From a virus, in the IMG/VR virus record IMGVR_UViG_3300008262_000231, positions 34,724 through 98,723 of that record: a stretch of DNA of 64,000 nucleotides, one strand, 5' to 3'. The position numbers and the translations under genes are program-made. Every line of letters begins with the position of its first letter. Position 1 is the stretch's first letter. The notes under the pieces were generated by a model that worked only from the letters and a program-made list of their open reading frames with translations, made no database searches and had not been told where the DNA came from. Below are positions 18,756-28,500 of this stretch, piece by piece.

Positions 18756-20492
18756 ATGAATATTTATCAGAAAAATAACATATTAATATCAGGTCTTTTA
18801 TCTAGTACCTATAATTTCATCAGTAAAACCTATTCCCAAAGTAAAAACCTTTTTACTGTGGCTTCCGCTTGGGGACAAATTATGTTCGTTTTTCAGAACA
18901 TATCTCAGCTTATACTTTATTTCATAGAAGATTCCATAACAGAATTAAATATGGAACAAGCTACCCGGGATTATTCAGTAAGAAGTCTTGCGAGAATATC
19001 CGGATACGATCCTAAGAGGACAACAACTTCTCAGGGGGAAGTTATCGTATCGTGGAATTCTTCTAATAGCCAAGCAGGAGGAGGTTCTGTTATCATTCCC
19101 AGAAATACCCAGATAAGAAATCAGCAAAATGGACAAATTTATACTCTAATTATTCCTTCCGATAGAATTACTATTCCGCTTTCTTCCCAATCCCAGCCAC
19201 AAACATTTAAAGTGGTACAGGGTAATTTTGAATCCACTAACTTTACTTCTACGGGAGCAGCTTTATTGAGTTTTAATGTTCCTTCCGTAAGCGGACAAAA
19301 TATAGATCATTTTTATGTTGATGTATTTGTCAACGAAGAGAAATGGAGAAGGTATGATTCTTTATATGATATCCCGCTTAACGCAAAAGGATTTATTGTT
19401 AAAAGTGGGATTTCTAATGGTATCGATGTTTATTTTGGGAATTCTTTCTTTGGGCAAATTCCTCAAGCCGGATCTAGGGTTAGAATCGAATACCTTAGTA
19501 ATCTAGGAATAAAGGGAAATGTTTATTCAACCCAAAATAATCCTTTAACCTGGAAATTTTCTACCTCAGGGACTGATCTATATGGCGCATCTCTAGACCT
19601 AAATCAATATTTAAATATAGTAAATTCTTTAGATCCTGATTTTGGGACTGATGCAGACGCCACATCTCTAATAAGAATAGTTGCTCCTAAAACCAGTAGA
19701 GCTTTTGTCTTTGCAAATGCAGAAAGCTACGAAATATTTCTAAATAAACTTGGAATATTTTCACAGATACAAGCATACTCTACTTTTGGCGACGATGATA
19801 GTAATGATAATTTAGATGACGATAACGTTGTATACATTTATTTAGTTCCTGATATAACTCTAAATATAGCATCGAATCAAGATTATTTTAGTGTTCCGGT
19901 TCAGAATTTTATAGTTACCCAAGCCCAAAAAACTAGAATATTGAATCTAATAGAGGATTCTGGTTCTATGATAGCAACCACTGTGGTTCAAATAGTAGAT
20001 CCAGTAGTTAAAAGATTTATTATGAATATAACTATAAGTATATTTGAAGGGTTTGATCCGAATACGATAAAACAGGAGATAAGAAATAAAATATCGGAGT
20101 ATATGTTAAACCTCAAAAGGAGAGATAAAATACCTAGATCAGACATGATTGCTATAGTAGAATCTGTTTCCGGAGTAGATTCTGTTTATGTTGAATTTAT
20201 ATCAGAAGAGGATCAGGAAAGCTTAAAGGATTTACAGAAAACCGCAGGACCTGATGTAACTGTAAACTATCAATCTTCTTCTATAGATTCTTTCGGAGAC
20301 ATAATAATAGGTAAAAATCAATTAGTAATTTTTAGAGGGGGTTGGTCTGATTTAGATGGAAATAATTATACAGTTAGCCCAGTTGGTGGAAGCCTAGGAC
20401 CTATAAATATAACAATAGAGGGATTACCGGTTTTGGTTAATTTCAACAATCAATTGAATTCAAAAACTAGACAATCCATAATTAATAGCTAA
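18756..20492 (+). CDS. baseplate wedge protein (gp6/J-like)
   Basis: ATRDYSVRSLARISGYDPKR, VYFGNSFFGQIP, IVESVSGVDSV; follows gp25. Confidence 0.85.
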   Translation: MNIYQKNNILISGLLSSTYNFISKTYSQSKNLFTVASAWGQIMFVFQNISQLILYFIEDSITELNMEQATRDYSVRSLARISGYDPKRTTTSQGEVIVSWNSSNSQAGGGSVIIPRNTQIRNQQNGQIYTLIIPSDRITIPLSSQSQPQTFKVVQGNFESTNFTSTGAALLSFNVPSVSGQNIDHFYVDVFVNEEKWRRYDSLYDIPLNAKGFIVKSGISNGIDVYFGNSFFGQIPQAGSRVRIEYLSNLGIKGNVYSTQNNPLTWKFSTSGTDLYGASLDLNQYLNIVNSLDPDFGTDADATSLIRIVAPKTSRAFVFANAESYEIFLNKLGIFSQIQAYSTFGDDDSNDNLDDDNVVYIYLVPDITLNIASNQDYFSVPVQNFIVTQAQKTRILNLIEDSGSMIATTVVQIVDPVVKRFIMNITISIFEGFDPNTIKQEIRNKISEYMLNLKRRDKIPRSDMIAIVESVSGVDSVYVEFISEEDQESLKDLQKTAGPDVTVNYQSSSIDSFGDIIIGKNQLVIFRGGWSDLDGNNYTVSPVGGSLGPINITIEGLPVLVNFNNQLNSKTRQSIINS

Positions 20493-20493
20493 A

Positions 20494-21036
20494 ATGGAAG
20501 ATAAAAATCAAAAATTTTCTCCATTTTTTCCGGGAGATGAATTAAGAGTAAATTATACTCCTTTTGGGGCTAAATACCCGACATCAAATACAACTTTCTA
20601 TGAATCTAAGGATCAATACGAAACTTCTCAACTAGCAGAAGAAAGATCTCTCAATATAGGATGCTCGGGATATAGATCCTCTATAATAAATTCTAATGGG
20701 GATCTTAAATTTTTTCCTTGCAATACTTCTTCGGAATACATTTCTATTATGAAAGAAATGACCCCGGTGGATGAGGAAAGAAGGTATTATGATTTTGATC
20801 AGAGAAATAATATATTCGATGTGATGTATAGCAGCAATGATACTGCTTATTCGGGATTTGATTATAAAGATAAAATATTGAAAAAAACTTTATCCAAAGT
20901 CTTATTTAGAGATCCTGTTAAATCAAATATCTTATCATATTTCGAGAAAGGATTTTTTGCTTTAGTTGAAACCACTAAGCAAATAAAAAATTATTTTAAT
21001 TATACGGTACCAAAAAATAACAGAAGAGTTTTTTAA
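20494..21036 (+). CDS. hypothetical baseplate-region protein
   Basis: 180-aa ORF between gp6-like and gp7-like genes. Confidence 0.6.
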   Translation: MEDKNQKFSPFFPGDELRVNYTPFGAKYPTSNTTFYESKDQYETSQLAEERSLNIGCSGYRSSIINSNGDLKFFPCNTSSEYISIMKEMTPVDEERRYYDFDQRNNIFDVMYSSNDTAYSGFDYKDKILKKTLSKVLFRDPVKSNILSYFEKGFFALVETTKQIKNYFNYTVPKNNRRVF

Positions 21037-21038
21037 AA

Positions 21039-24000
21039 ATGGCGGATTTAAAACTTAGATTTTTTAATAAGAGGGGGAATCCCTTAAATTTCGAATATAT
21101 CGGACCGACTGGACCTAGTCCTTTAGATTCAAGATTTTTATACAAAACGAATTCTTCTTATTCCTCTAACGGAGACGTTACTTTCCAACAATCGGGATCA
21201 GATTATATTTTCCAGTTCAATTTCTCTGACGTTAATTTTTTCGATATCACTGAAATAGCGAATGAGATTGATTATTGTATAGATAGAGGATCTGAAATTT
21301 ACCTAAATGGTAGAGTTTTAGGGGGAAAAGAATTCAAAGGTAAAATTTCTTCTTGTGTGATTACCCTTAATGGAATTATTATAACGATACCGGTAAATAA
21401 TTTCATAGGACAAAATATAATTAGTTTAAGTAATACCATATCTTTTACTGTGTCCTATAAAAATAGACCAGGAGGATATTTTACGGGAAATATCTATTTT
21501 GATCCCGTTTCTGCAGGACTATACGAGAATGAACAGATATTTATAACCCAACAGATAATAGGTCCTTCGGGAGGAATTGATTACAGTTATCCTAGAACTT
21601 TGGCTACTGGTGCTACTTCAGGAAAATGGAGAACCAGATGGTACAATAATGCATACGGGAGTATAGACGTAACTGAAATATTATTTACATATAAGATATT
21701 AGACGAATTAGAAGGTGGAGAAGGATACCCTTTAATAGTTTCTTATCCCAATATAGTCTATAATGATGTAATAGCTTCTTCCTCGGATTATTATTCTAAT
21801 GGTTCTTTGAATTGTCCTTCTTTCACAAGTAGTGAATCTGAAGCTCTTTCCGTGAATGTGGCATTGAACGGCCCGGAAATATCAGAAGAAGTATACGAAA
21901 GAAAACTTATAATAGAAGATATAAGTGCAGGACCAACTGGTGATAATGTCACAAAGATCCTTGAAGTTAATTTTTATGGACAAATAATAGCAGAAGACGA
22001 GAGACTAAAGGTATTAGCAAATAACTTAGGTAGATCTTTTAACAATGAGGATTCTATAATCTTAAGAAATCATGATCCCAAAGAGCCTCTTCCTAATTAC
22101 GAAGAAATAAACGAAAAGAGAAAAGAGCTATTGTTAGCGGGAGAAGACATATTCCCGTATATAGGTAGTTATAAAGGACTTATAAATGCTCTTAAATTTT
22201 TTGGATATCAGGATCTACGAATAAAAGAATATTGGTTGAATCTGGATTTTTCCGAAGAAGATGATCTAACTTCTCCTTTAACAAAAAATCAAATCGTATT
22301 AAATGAGATAAAAAACCAGAGATCCCAATCGGGATCCCAATCTTATCAGATAAAAGACGTTTTAGATAATCCAAATTCTGGAAAGTATAGAATGGAACAA
22401 ACATATGGCCCTGATTCTGAAGGGAATTATGTTCTTGATATATCATCACAAAATACTTTAGTTCCTAGTAATACCTATAAGAAAACATCTCTTTTTGGAC
22501 TTTATTACGATTTAAATAAAGTAACTTCAGAAACTGATGAGTTTGGGTATCCTGTAGTCGTAGACTCATTCCAATTTACCCAAGAAGAAGTTCTAATAAA
22601 ATTATTTGGATTAAAACGAAAATTAAAAAAAGATTATTTACCTCTAAATGCAAGAATAATAGATATAACAGGGGAAGGAATTTATTTTTCCGTTGTTAAT
22701 ACCAAAGCTTGGGTAGATAAGGTAGATATAAACGTAATAAGATCTGGATCTGAATTTAATTTTAGACTAAATCCGGATCTAGCTTACATAGAGGATTTAA
22801 GAAATTTTAATATAAAACCAGATGCCCTTCCTATACAAACCCCTAGTTCATATTACGATACTTATGATATATCAGTAAACGTATTAGGAGGAACCGGAAG
22901 TGCCCTTTATTTTACAGGTTTTCCTGATTTGGGAATAACTGGACCTTCGGGTCCAAATCTTCCTTTAAATGTAGTCGTAGGGAAATCGTATAACTTTAGT
23001 CTTTCCACTGAAGGATTTACTTTTTATATAACAGAATCTCCTAGCTTTACCCAACAAGACCCATTAGGATTGATAGGAAATGGAGCAACCTCAGGATCTT
23101 CTCTTATGTCTTGGTATATAAATCCTCAGCAGACAACTCCAGTATATTACTATTGCCCAGAAAATCCTAATATAAACGGAACTATTAATATTTTACCTCC
23201 TGATGTATCGGATTTAGGTAATATAATAAATCCATTAGATTTTCAACAAAACTATAATTCAGTCCAAAATGAGAGTTTAATAAATTCAATAAATCAATTT
23301 TATGAGCTTAAGCAAGAAGGAAAAATACAGCTTTTAGGAGATGGTAAATACGATCCACCTTCTTACGTGGATCCTTCTACTAATTTGCCATACAAAGTTC
23401 CAATAGGAACTCCTCTCGTTTTAGAACTAGAGGTTGATAGATGGACCTGGGAAGAAATGAATTTTTCCTGGAGCGGAATAAATCTTCCGTCATTTAAAGT
23501 GGGGGATTTAGTAGAAATAAAACCGCAGACAGCTTCTTTAACAGCAGGATTAACTGGGGGAACTATAGGATCAGTTACTATAAATTTTCAAGGTCTAGGG
23601 TATACATCAGTTCCTCTCGTAACTATAACCGGGGGAGGTGGAGCAGGAGCAGTATTAATCCCAGTAATAACCGGTTCTAAAGTGACTTCTGTTACTATAT
23701 TTTCCTCAGGATCTGGATATACGTCAAGCCCTACTTTAACTATAGGTTCTCCTTCTGGTGATTCCGGGACTGTTGTTAACGTTAATTACAATAACGGAAC
23801 TTATGATGTTTTATTAGATTCCAATGGATTAATTTACACCTTTGAAGCTTTTGAATTGTCTTCCTCTTCTCAGACCTATAATTTGATGAACTGGAAAAAT
23901 ATAGATTTTTCTAATGATCTTGAAATAGAATGGATAATAAATAAAGATGCAACCCAGGATGGATCCCCTTATAATTTTGAATTTAGAGGTTCTATAATTG

Positions 24001-25469
24001 ACTTTAATAAGTTAGCCCACTTTATCCCATTCACAGGGGATTTTAATGTAACCTGTAACGTCTACGACGGATTTAACAACAAATCTACTAAGATAAAAAA
24101 CAAGAATCTAACTGTTCAGCCTAAAAAAATAAAATTGGAATCCTGGGCAAATGAAGAAGCAAGTTCTTGGACAAGATATAGAGAAGTTGAATACTATTTA
24201 TGGGATAATATTTATCGGGGATGGGACGAATATGAATCCATATGGGAATATCCAGCAGAAGGTAAAAGCGAGAAAAAAATGACCAATCTAATTTCTAAAG
24301 AAATTTTAGATTTTGCATTTTACGGAAATAAAGCAGAGGAAGGACAGGATGTATACGTTAAAGTTAAAACAGACCCAGTAGGTGCTACAGGGGAAATAAG
24401 ACTAGCTCAATCCTTTTTAAATATTACTGAAATATATTCTTTAGAGGTAACTCCTACCCAATACGGGTATGTTAGAATATCTTTTCCTTCTCCGCATGGA
24501 CTAAATACAGGAGACTATATTTACATCTCTAATAGTATACCTGAACTTGCTGGAAGTTGGGAAATTACGGTCATATCATCTACTATAATCCGAATAAATA
24601 CCGTTTTAGAATCTACCTGGTCAGGGGTAATACCCTCGGTTTCCCCGAATAGATTACAGGTGTCTTCTATTTTATATCCATCCCAACAGATTACAGGAAG
24701 CGGATTTGTTTCTGTTAACGTGGGGGGAGTTACTATAGGATCTACCCCATCAGGACAAAGTCTATACAATACCACTAATTATTTAGTCTCTTCTATAAAT
24801 AATTTAACCACATATCCCGATTATTTTGCATATTGTAGCGATCCTACTACTAATCCTACTTCTATAATAATACACGCTTCGGATGATCTCGGGAGAACAC
24901 AAAATGGAATTCCAATGGTTGTTACGACCTCTGGACTTATATCTACATCTTATTACGATCCTACATTAGAGAATGGATTAAGTCCTTTAGAAACCTATGA
25001 GTATTGGAGTGAATCTAGTGAAAAATACCCTAACGAAAATTTAAAATTTTGGGGAACTAAAAGGATAAATTGGGATATATTCTATAACAATACTTGGGAA
25101 GATGGATATGCTCATTCTTGGTTAGATTTTGAATTTAATAATGACTGGCTAGGAGGATTTGAATTACATAATTTAAGTGTGGGGGATTTAATATCCGTAA
25201 GTTCTGGAATATTAACTCCCCCCGATACTAATAATTATAATTCTTCTATCTACAGCTTAGGATTTTATGGGATAACCGGATCTACTATACAGGAGATAGC
25301 AAATGAGCTAAATGGGAATTCTAATTCTCATATAGGAAATTATGATTATAGACCGATACCAAATGATACCGGATCTTTTAATAGTGATTCTCCACCGATT
25401 AATGTGGGAATACAGAGTTTTTCACCTTCTGCATCCCCTTATCCGGCTCCTCCTTCTGTCCCTGTATAG
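21039..25469 (+). CDS. large baseplate wedge/fibre-attachment protein (gp7-like)
   Basis: YIGSYKGLINALKFFGY...IKEYW resembles the gp7/gpI KG....L motif; contains GSGYTSSPT and PHGLNTGD structural modules. Confidence 0.55.
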   Translation: MADLKLRFFNKRGNPLNFEYIGPTGPSPLDSRFLYKTNSSYSSNGDVTFQQSGSDYIFQFNFSDVNFFDITEIANEIDYCIDRGSEIYLNGRVLGGKEFKGKISSCVITLNGIIITIPVNNFIGQNIISLSNTISFTVSYKNRPGGYFTGNIYFDPVSAGLYENEQIFITQQIIGPSGGIDYSYPRTLATGATSGKWRTRWYNNAYGSIDVTEILFTYKILDELEGGEGYPLIVSYPNIVYNDVIASSSDYYSNGSLNCPSFTSSESEALSVNVALNGPEISEEVYERKLIIEDISAGPTGDNVTKILEVNFYGQIIAEDERLKVLANNLGRSFNNEDSIILRNHDPKEPLPNYEEINEKRKELLLAGEDIFPYIGSYKGLINALKFFGYQDLRIKEYWLNLDFSEEDDLTSPLTKNQIVLNEIKNQRSQSGSQSYQIKDVLDNPNSGKYRMEQTYGPDSEGNYVLDISSQNTLVPSNTYKKTSLFGLYYDLNKVTSETDEFGYPVVVDSFQFTQEEVLIKLFGLKRKLKKDYLPLNARIIDITGEGIYFSVVNTKAWVDKVDINVIRSGSEFNFRLNPDLAYIEDLRNFNIKPDALPIQTPSSYYDTYDISVNVLGGTGSALYFTGFPDLGITGPSGPNLPLNVVVGKSYNFSLSTEGFTFYITESPSFTQQDPLGLIGNGATSGSSLMSWYINPQQTTPVYYYCPENPNINGTINILPPDVSDLGNIINPLDFQQNYNSVQNESLINSINQFYELKQEGKIQLLGDGKYDPPSYVDPSTNLPYKVPIGTPLVLELEVDRWTWEEMNFSWSGINLPSFKVGDLVEIKPQTASLTAGLTGGTIGSVTINFQGLGYTSVPLVTITGGGGAGAVLIPVITGSKVTSVTIFSSGSGYTSSPTLTIGSPSGDSGTVVNVNYNNGTYDVLLDSNGLIYTFEAFELSSSSQTYNLMNWKNIDFSNDLEIEWIINKDATQDGSPYNFEFRGSIIDFNKLAHFIPFTGDFNVTCNVYDGFNNKSTKIKNKNLTVQPKKIKLESWANEEASSWTRYREVEYYLWDNIYRGWDEYESIWEYPAEGKSEKKMTNLISKEILDFAFYGNKAEEGQDVYVKVKTDPVGATGEIRLAQSFLNITEIYSLEVTPTQYGYVRISFPSPHGLNTGDYIYISNSIPELAGSWEITVISSTIIRINTVLESTWSGVIPSVSPNRLQVSSILYPSQQITGSGFVSVNVGGVTIGSTPSGQSLYNTTNYLVSSINNLTTYPDYFAYCSDPTTNPTSIIIHASDDLGRTQNGIPMVVTTSGLISTSYYDPTLENGLSPLETYEYWSESSEKYPNENLKFWGTKRINWDIFYNNTWEDGYAHSWLDFEFNNDWLGGFELHNLSVGDLISVSSGILTPPDTNNYNSSIYSLGFYGITGSTIQEIANELNGNSNSHIGNYDYRPIPNDTGSFNSDSPPINVGIQSFSPSASPYPAPPSVPV

Positions 25470-25495
25470 ATTAGGATTTGACCTTTTTTTGAAAG

Positions 25496-25503
25496 GATAT
25501 ATA
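25496..25503 (+). promoter_or_regulatory. putative late promoter GATATATA
   Basis: 16 nt before ATG 25520. Confidence 0.65.
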
Positions 25504-25519
25504 ATAATAAAAAGAATTA

Positions 25520-28500
25520 ATGCCGGGAAGTAGTATTTATATAAATCAGATAGATTTAGATTCGAATTTTTTTGTTTGGGCAACTGGGCAAGACGTAAGA
25601 AAATTTAATGGAACAGCATGGGAATATTACGATAGCTCAAATTCCGCAGTTCCTAGTGGATCCCCTTATTATTTGGATACAAGATCTATATCCATCGACA
25701 ACAAAGGAATATTGTGGGGGGGAATAGCACAGATATCCAATGGGATTTCTCCAGCCAATAGTGAGGATGTATCTTTTTATTCTCAAAGAACCTCGAGTTT
25801 TAATGGATCTGTAAATTCTACTGCCGTTCAGTCTGACGGAAAAATATTAATGGGAGGAATTTTTACTTCTTTTAATGGAAACACTAGAAATAGATTGGTA
25901 AGACTTAATTCCGATGGAACTGAGGATACTTCTTTCTATACTAATCTGGGAACAGGTTTTTCTTCTGGTGTTACTAGTATTTCCCTACAATCGGATGGAA
26001 AAATACTGGTAGGAGGAAATTTTATTTCTTTTAACGGAAACACTAGAAATAGATTGGTAAGACTTAATTCCGATGGAACTGAGGATACTTCTTTCTATAC
26101 TAATTTAACAAGTGTAGGTACGGGTACAGCGTTTACCGGTATAATAACAGTAACAAGAGAACAGACGGATGGCAAAATTATTATAGGAGGATTTTTTAGC
26201 TCTTTTAACGGAAATACAAGGGAAAGACTAATTAGATTGAATCCATCGGGGATAGAGGATTCAACATTTTATTCAAACTTGTCCCTTTACGGATTTGGAT
26301 TTAATGGGGGGGTTTATGGAGTATCTATACAAAATGATGGAAAAATTATAGTTACGGGGTCTTTTTCTTTTTATAATTCATATCCTAGAACTGGAATAGT
26401 TAGATTAAATAGTGATGGATTAGAGGATACCCAATTTTATACTAATTTAATAAGCACGGGGGATAATTCGGGACTTCAGAATGGAGTACCTCTTATTAGC
26501 AGGACACAATCAGACGGTAAAATAATAGTAGGAGGATCATTTACCGATTTTAATGATAACGGAGGATACAATAGAAATAGAATACTGAGATTAAATTCTG
26601 ACGGGACTGAAGATTCTTCTTTCTACATACCAATAAGTCCAGGATTTGATCTTCCGGGGGATATTTATACTATAGAAATACAAACTGATGGAAAAATTTT
26701 AATAGGAGGGGATTTTACTACTTTTGCCGGAAATACTAGAAATTATAGCATAAGATTAAATTCTAGTACAACAACTCCGGGTACTCCTTTGATATTTAAT
26801 CTGGATACTTCTGAAGTTACGGTAGGAAAATCCTGGAAATCTGATGATATATCAACTTTCGATAATCTTTTATATGAAACTTCATTGGTATATTCTTCTC
26901 CTTTCGGGAGCGAGGTTTTAGCCTACATAACTCCTTTGAATGGTATAGGATCTACTGGAGCTACTGCATATACAAGAATAAATGGGGTTACGGGAGGAAG
27001 ATTATTTTTCTATGACAAGAATATAGAAAAATGGAATGAAACCCTTTCTGGATACACTTGGCCTCATATATTTCAAATTAAAGCTAAAGGGTATAAAGGT
27101 AAAGAATATAAATATTTTCTAGGAACAACGGAAGGACTTTGGGTAATACCGCCGGGACTTCTTAGTAAACTTTCTTTAAATGATGGAGGCGAAATAGTTA
27201 GTCAGGCAAGAGTCTATAATACTAGTACTAGTGGGATAATATCTAATAATATCTACACTATAGATTTTGACGAGAACGGGAATCTATGGATAGGAACAGA
27301 TTTAGGATTATCTTTTTTCGACGGAAGAAAATTTTGGAATTATTACACCTCTGGTCCAGTTACTTATGTAAAATCGAGAGAAAATGGGCATGTTTTTTAT
27401 TCCATAGGGGATGGAGAATTATCTCAGGGAACAGGACTTTATCACTTCAACGGAACTACCCACACAAATATAAATTCTTCTAATTCAGATCTTCCTAATA
27501 ATAATATACTTGAGATAGAATTAATTCAGAATGGAACTAAACAAGGAGACGTAACTTTACACGAGAATTCTTTATGGATATTGTCTTTGAATGATCTTTC
27601 TTCTTTTGTTTACGATCTTCCACATGTCTATGCTTCTTCTAAGTCTGAAGGAGCAACTGGGTGGAATTTTACATATAGAGTTCCTATAGGAGGAACCGGA
27701 GAGACTGGAGCTCCTCCTATTCCCAAAATTAATAAATACACCTGGAATTACCCTGAATGGCAGACTTACGATAGCGAATTTGTTGCTTCGGATCTTCCAG
27801 GATTAGATCCTAGAAATCTTTTTCTTACCGTTCCACTTAATGATATAGCAGACGGAAAAGCAGGGGAGCAATATTATTGGAGTAATTCTCCTATTACTAG
27901 TTACGACGAAAAAGTTTTAGGAGAAAGAATAGGGGAATCTTTATGGGATTCCCAGATAACTTTAGGAGGGTCTGGTGACATTAAGATTACCTGTTCTACC
28001 TCTTTAGAAACTGATCTAGGAATTAAATACCTGATAGGAGGGTATATCTCTGGTGATTCTGAAGCCACTTTTGGATACTATAATGATCTAACCCCAGCTA
28101 CTATAAATAATCTAAATCCTACTATAGGAGCTTCAGGTGGAACGGCTGGTTCCTCTAGTTTTTACGGGGAAATGGGATTTGTTGTTTGCTATGACTATTC
28201 GGGGTCTGTAGATACCATACTTCCATTTAGAGGATATAGAACAAGAATAGATTCCTTAGATCCTAGCCCTGATGATAATACTTTTTCCGTATCTGGATCT
28301 TACGATTGGTTTATGGAATCTGGACCTTGGGTTTGGCATTCTTGGGAAGGAGCTAATTCTTTTTCAGGAAACGGGGTTACCGGGTCACCTTACGGAGCTA
28401 CAAACTTAAATTATCCTGGATTAACATCGGGTAACTACAATTGGATATACGACCCTTTATCCCCCACATCTTCACCAATACTATCTAGTTCTTGGACTTA

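Noticed and set aside
25440-25500. Possible truncation of the gp7-like gene at PPSVPV*
   Set aside because: The end looks abrupt but no downstream frame gives a convincing continuation; it cannot be supported without homologues.
25877-26104. DGR template/variable repeat pair
   Set aside because: The copies are identical, both coding and adjacent within one repeat protein; there are no adenine-specific mismatches and no RT in the window.
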